A DNA stretch of 55,771 nucleotides, counting the filler, from Sphacelaria rigidula (taxonomy: Eukaryota): NCBI GenBank assembly GCA_964200075.2. It is 5 parts of 5 records of this genome, joined end to end, with 100 filler letters (N's around TTAATTAATTAA, not from the genome) between each part and the next. Parts side by side here need not be neighbours in the genome. Positions count along the whole stretch, not along the records: positions 44,698 to 55,771 come from CAXNAA020005429.1; 4 more parts are not named here. One strand, 5' to 3'. Of this stretch, positions 51,101 to 55,771 are shown in pieces. The notes below the pieces were generated by a model, which saw nothing but the letters and a program-made list of their open reading frames with translations, ran no database searches and had not been told where the DNA came from. Numbering within the stretch: the stretch's first letter is position 1; each line of letters begins with the position of its first letter. A program made the translations under genes and the position numbers.

Positions 51101-52434
51101 TAATTTTACCAGGACAAGATCTGTTTGCTTGTTTGTTCACAGCCATCTCCCGCAGGACGCCTGATATCATTAAAGTACTTCAAACTCCTGCTCGCAGGTG
51201 ACGCAGGCCTTGACCATGCCCACTACTCGCTCTCTCTGTAAAGCTCGGGGCACTGTCCTCTACATCACCAAAGCCCTCGATCTGTCCACCAGCTCAGGGT
51301 TCAAGGGCCGCAAGAAAGAGGTATGCACACCTCTCGTTCATCCCTGTTTCCTGAAATTTCTTTTGGTTGTCATCACTCCCTGCCGCATATTCTTTCATTA
51401 TCTTTTCTACTGACTTCGTCTATCCCGCGTGTCTTGCTGCCAGCCACACCCGGTAGGCAGAGTGTGGTCAATCGGTTTGCGAGAGGTTATGGAGAAGTTG
51501 GAGGAAACCAAAGCGGCGCATCCACCAAGATTGGTTTTGCCTTTGGCGTCGGGCTGCGGGTCGTCTTGCCCAAGCAAACCGGGCAACTTGTTGCCGTCGG
51601 TGTCTGCAACAATTCAGATGGTGACGGGTTTTATGGGTCTTTTCTGCATATAGACAAGACGACGTTCCTGTCCACCGCATGTCGCACCGTCTTCTTGTTA
51701 CGCGTGTTTCTGCAGAATATGGAGTGACAAAGCCTTTGCTGTATAACCGACTTCCAGGTACCATCGTCAGCAACAGCACTTCGGGAGGTTACCGGGTTGT
51801 GAACCTGGTATACCACTCCGAGTCGTGTCGTCGTCTTCATTCAGTCCACCTTTGACGCCGGTCTGCACATCCCTCCGTTCGAACGTGGCGAGATAGCTGT
51901 GGGCATGGAGATCCGAACCTTCGAGGTTAAGGGGCTGCACGAGAAACTGTACGCTTTCAAACGTGCGCAGTTGCGCCTCCGACCAGGTCACCTTTGTTCC
52001 GTCTATCAAAGCTCAGGAAACACTCTGCGGCACTGGCACGCCTGTTCTATACCTCACACATTTCGGCCCACACGTTTACTGCCCCCTTTTTCTCACGGAT
52101 GCCGTCTCGTTGAATTTTCATACACCTTCGTACTTGATGTGACGGGTGCTTGCTGTTCTGTGCTGTTCTGTTCTGTTTCACCAAGGGCGAAACAATTGAG
52201 ACGTTGCTGCTGCACATCAAACAGTCGGTTGATGGACTTACGGACGAGCGTGCCCCTAATGTTACCTTGTCGAGAGCGACTGCACTCGAGAAACTCTACA
52301 TGGTGGAACCAATCACCATCGACCAATTGCGCCACAAACCGAAAGAAGACATCGCCGCAACACTCGACTTCCTCGAACGCCTCGACAAGGCGACCTAGTC
52401 TGCATTCCTCGACAACCCTTCCGAGTTTACTCCG
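45137..52434 (+). pseudogene. Helitron2/Helentron-type Rep-helicase (RepHel), intron-containing, decayed
   Basis: N-terminal CAVC..CKHC..ALANGLW..LP. Rep: AYFHLFP..RDSRF, GQPLW|WLTVSPND, EEQKR.AL(N)CHLLIW, THTCTLTCQK..CR|FGF, VNSYNP..RSNIDI..YILNYAT. Pif1 helicase: GSGKS, AFQGKQAASVGG, EITMIS, GDLNQ|LEPV, GETI, VTLSRA. Confidence 0.92.
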
Positions 52435-52587
52435 GTGACGGTGAGGTCGTTGGCCGAACGGTACGACCGTCGAAATCAAAGTGGAAGTGAAAGTGAGGAT
52501 GAAAGTGATGATCCGGGCGACGGTGTTGGCGACAGCGGATGTGGACCTGCTGCAGGTGTCGGGTGCGGACCTATCGTGCCACTCGTA

Positions 52588-53640
52588 ATGTCCTTGGCAC
52601 CTAATTCTCAAAACAACCGCTTCTTCAATGCCGCCATCGCATGTACCTCTTCTGTTCGAGGCATCATCGACGCCTTCGGCGCGAAGGTTCTCTTCTGAAT
52701 GTAGGTGCCGTGCGTCTGAACATGCACAGCGGCGCCCTGCCGCAGGGCGTTCTTGTAAGTTCTGTTTTTTCCTACTTCGCACTTCCTAACCCCAACCACC
52801 CTGGGACTGATTCGACTGAGCAACTCTGTTTCATCGTCACACTTTCCCACCCTGCCGACTCCATGCCCTTCACATAACCTTGACCAGGTGGGGCTGGCGG
52901 AACGCGCGACTTCGTCATGACCAGCAGTGGTTTACCCGGGTGCGGTCATCAAATGGGTGACACGGCGAGCGTGTTCCAAGCCGTTTGCCAGCAACGCCAG
53001 CCTTACGTGTCGGCCAACTGGTCGGACACGCACGAACAACAACTCCAACTGGTTTTGCTTACGCGTGAATCTCTGGGGATGTCGTGGAGGCGCCACGTGA
53101 CTTGCTCCATCGACGCCCACAGCCTGCGGACGATAACGCCGGAGAAATCTGCCGCTTTGCGTGACCCCGCTATCTTCATGGTTTCCCACGGAAATAGTAG
53201 AACTCTACAGGCCGCCGTGGTTGATTTATTCTTGAGGGGTACCTATCTCGACTTCTCCTACCCCGGGGCGGGAATGTGTCCTTCGTGGGGGATCATCCCA
53301 TCGGACTTTTGTTTTTGGAATTTCCTGCCTTTCTCGGCTGTCAACGCCCGCGACCGCCTATTTATTTCGTCGAGTGCTGTTGCCGCGGACGCAGTGATTG
53401 GCGTTCCGCCCCACGCGTCGAAAACTCTCACTTTTGGGCGTAGAATACTCCTTGGTCTCGGTTGTGTACCTCATCTGGGGGGGGTGCTCACTACGTCACA
53501 CAGTTCCGTTTGCGGGGGAGGTGGCTCAGGTACGATTGCACTAGTGGGGGTAGCACTACCGCGTCTGCCTCGGTCGATAGCCAATGGCACTCCGGGAGAC
53601 AGGTCTCGTACGTGTACGTCAAGACGGATCAACTAGTAGT
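52588..53640 (+). pseudogene. Ubiquitin-specific protease (peptidase C19)-like domain downstream of the helicase
   Basis: Cys-box-like LAPNSQNN(R)FFNAAIA, QMGDTASVF, His-box-like CVPHLGG-GAHYVTQFRLRGRWLRYDC, and C-terminal QVSYVYVK. Confidence 0.62.
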
Positions 53641-53869
53641 GGCCGGGGATAGTACTGGAGAGCCTAGCGAGAACTTGCCGGGGAACGACTCCGGTCTGAG
53701 CTCTGCCTTGCTGTGGGCCCTTGCGAACGTGGAACGACGTCGTGTGGCTATGTAGACTGTATGTTATTGACGCGTGCGAGACGCGAGAGCTTCGGTGGAT
53801 TTATACTTCATGATTTTTTCAACTGTTTCTTTCCGTGCTTCTACTTGTATGCCGATTATGCTCCTTTTC

Positions 53870-53946
53870 CATCATAACGAGACCACGGCTGGACCCCGGG
53901 GGGTTCAGTTAAAGTGCGACAATCAATCGATCAATTGATCAATCAA
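53870..53946 (+). mobile_element. 5'-truncated LINE-like 3' tail
   Basis: gagaccacggctggaccccggggggttcagttaaagtgcgac(aatc)n. Confidence 0.65.
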
Positions 53947-54920
53947 CAAAGGAAGAGAAAATTGGAAGCGCGATGCAAAGCAGAGCAATCTATACTGAAA
54001 GCAGTATATTTCTTGTCTATTGCAACTATTGATCATATATTGACAGTGTCACAGCACGCGAAGGCACTGGCATAGATAGATACTTGTTTTTTGTTCTCGC
54101 TTCCAACTCCCCTTCCCCCCCCCTTCGGGAAGCGCCCCCCCCCCCTTCGGGAAGAGAGTCCGTCGTCTCATCAAGGGATCAGATCAACCCATTTCTCCCC
54201 CGGTACCCGCCTAAACCCAGTTTGATAACATCGATTGATCGGACCAGCACTCCCGCACCGCACCGCACCGCGTCGACTGTCACCTGAACAAACCCACTCT
54301 CAGCCAAACAGATTACTTCATGTCAAATACTTCTCACGTTCCCACGCTGTCAACGACCACAGAAGATCATGCACGACGTCGGATGACATCATACACTACT
54401 TCCGTGCAAGACTCGGACGCATCTGGCGGGAATCGAACCTGGATAATAACGGCAATATATAGTCAAAAGACGCAATAGGCCTATACTGTATCCAGTAGAC
54501 TTCTTGTCTATTGCATCAATTGACCACATAGTGTCATTATCTAGGGTGTGGAGTCTTTCCACGATAGCCCCTCCCCCCAAAAGTGGTTTGTTCGGGGAGC
54601 CAACATCTACACGTGAAAGGAAATGTGAAAAGCCTAGAACAACAAGCAGCTGGGAATTCCCACGCTTGGGTTCGTTTTCGCCAATGTCGCCCATATGAGG
54701 CGCTTCATCCAGCCTGAAACCAAACATCAGGCTCTGTATGACCATTTTCTTCGTGACAGTATTTTTGGGCTCGTTTTCGGGCAGGGGCTATCCTGGAAAG
54801 TGTCGTCTTTCCCCCCGCCCCTCCCCCCGCCCTGATGGCGTCGGTCATACCATTTGACCATCGGGGCGCGACTGCAGCGGCGGTGGCTATAGAAACACAC
54901 AGAGCAGACATAAACCTTAC

Positions 54921-55083
54921 CTTGGATTGGAATGCTGCGTTGGCGCATCGAATTTGACGAGTTCTAGCATCGTTCGGCTTGTGAACAACGTTGTCGACCA
55001 TCTTCATCAAGGTCACCACGCATGTCGCACTGTCGGCATCGAAATGGGCCCCGATCATCGCCGTCAGGGCCGCTCGACATGCC
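54921..55083 (-). CDS. Exon of a PUB-domain protein (p97/Cdc48 cofactor-like)
   Basis: TLMKMVDNVVHKPNDARTRQIRCANAAFQSK fits the PUB pattern (L.K...N...P...K.R.I...N..F). tag|...|gtaagg boundaries. Confidence 0.85.
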
Positions 55084-55589
55084 CTACATATAATTGTCAT
55101 CATCCACGGAGTCAGTGTTGACAAGAGAGAAGAGGTGCGTAGGGGGTATGAGAGCGTGTGGAGAGGAGAGCGGGAAAAAAAATCACACTCTGGATGTGAC
55201 AATGACAAGACATTACATTGACGAAGAGTGTACCGCGCACAGACAGTATCGAATTTATTCTTTTATTTTCCATCGGGGACACTTGACGAAAGAAAAGAAT
55301 GCTCGAGTACAGTACATTAGTATCAAACTTTTCGTCTATTGCTGCAAAAAGATAATAGGTTCAAAACTGTATGCAACTTCAGTTATTCATGTATTAACCC
55401 TTAGCATAGTACAGGAAAACAGGACCATAGCCTCTCTCCACCAGAGTGGCAAAACCAAACCTACACGTCATGAAGGTCACCCATCACAGAGTCCGGCAAT
55501 CAGACCCGCAACTCCACCTACACAATGTCCCCAACCTTGGGTAACAATGCCTCTTTCTTTTCTTTTGTTTTTCCTGTTCCTATTGTTTT

Positions 55590-55675
55590 CTGTCCCGTTT
55601 TTTTTCTTCCTTAGAGCGTGTTTGGATTCCGTTTTTCTTGAGTACGTTTATCATGAGACCACGGCTGGACCCCCA
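55590..55675 (+). mobile_element. Fragment of the same LINE-like tail
   Basis: gagtacgtttatcatgagaccacggctggacccc. Confidence 0.5.
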
Positions 55676-55771
55676 ATAGAAGCAGCAGAGCAAGGGGTTC
55701 AGGTAGGTGGGTGGAGATATGGTATCAGGATTGATGTTCGCGGATGATTTTGTGGGGATATCAGGAACACC

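Larger units (their letters stand above)
45137..53992 (+). mobile_element. Helitron2-like element (5' end not resolved, 3' end at 53992)
   Basis: RepHel plus a 3' terminus aaaattggaa-gcgcgatgcaaagcagagcaatcta|t that is shared with 19441-19496. Confidence 0.75.

Overview
Eukaryotic, transposon-rich DNA. It is most likely from a brown alga or another stramenopile, which I infer only from the short exons, multi-kb introns and repeat style. The window is not one locus. It is five contigs of 11,074-11,075 bp joined by identical 100-bp N44-TTAATTAATTAA-N44 spacers, so adjacency across spacers means nothing. Host genes: four spliced exons of a phosphatidylinositol 4-kinase catalytic domain (minus strand, 33552-44293) and one PUB-domain exon (minus, 54921-55083). 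Most of the rest is mobile DNA: (1) a decayed, intron-containing Helitron2/Helentron-type Rep-helicase element (about 45137-53992) whose helicase runs in frame into a ubiquitin-specific protease (C19/USP)-like domain; (2) a matching 2.2-kb non-autonomous Helitron2-like insertion (17286-19496); (3) an RT-deleted Ty3/Gypsy element with LTRs and a chromodomain-like tail (27924-33133); (4) a probable Academ-like XPG+Cys-cluster remnant with a possible Ulp1-like domain (about 6990-9890); (5) two tRNA-derived SINEs and several LINE-like tails; (6) many nested MITEs with readable TIRs and TSDs (hAT/P-like, Tc1/mariner-like, PIF/Harbinger-like, piggyBac-like). The best novelty candidate is the Helitron2 RepHel-USP fusion. 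All domain calls were made by eye from motifs and need HMM confirmation.
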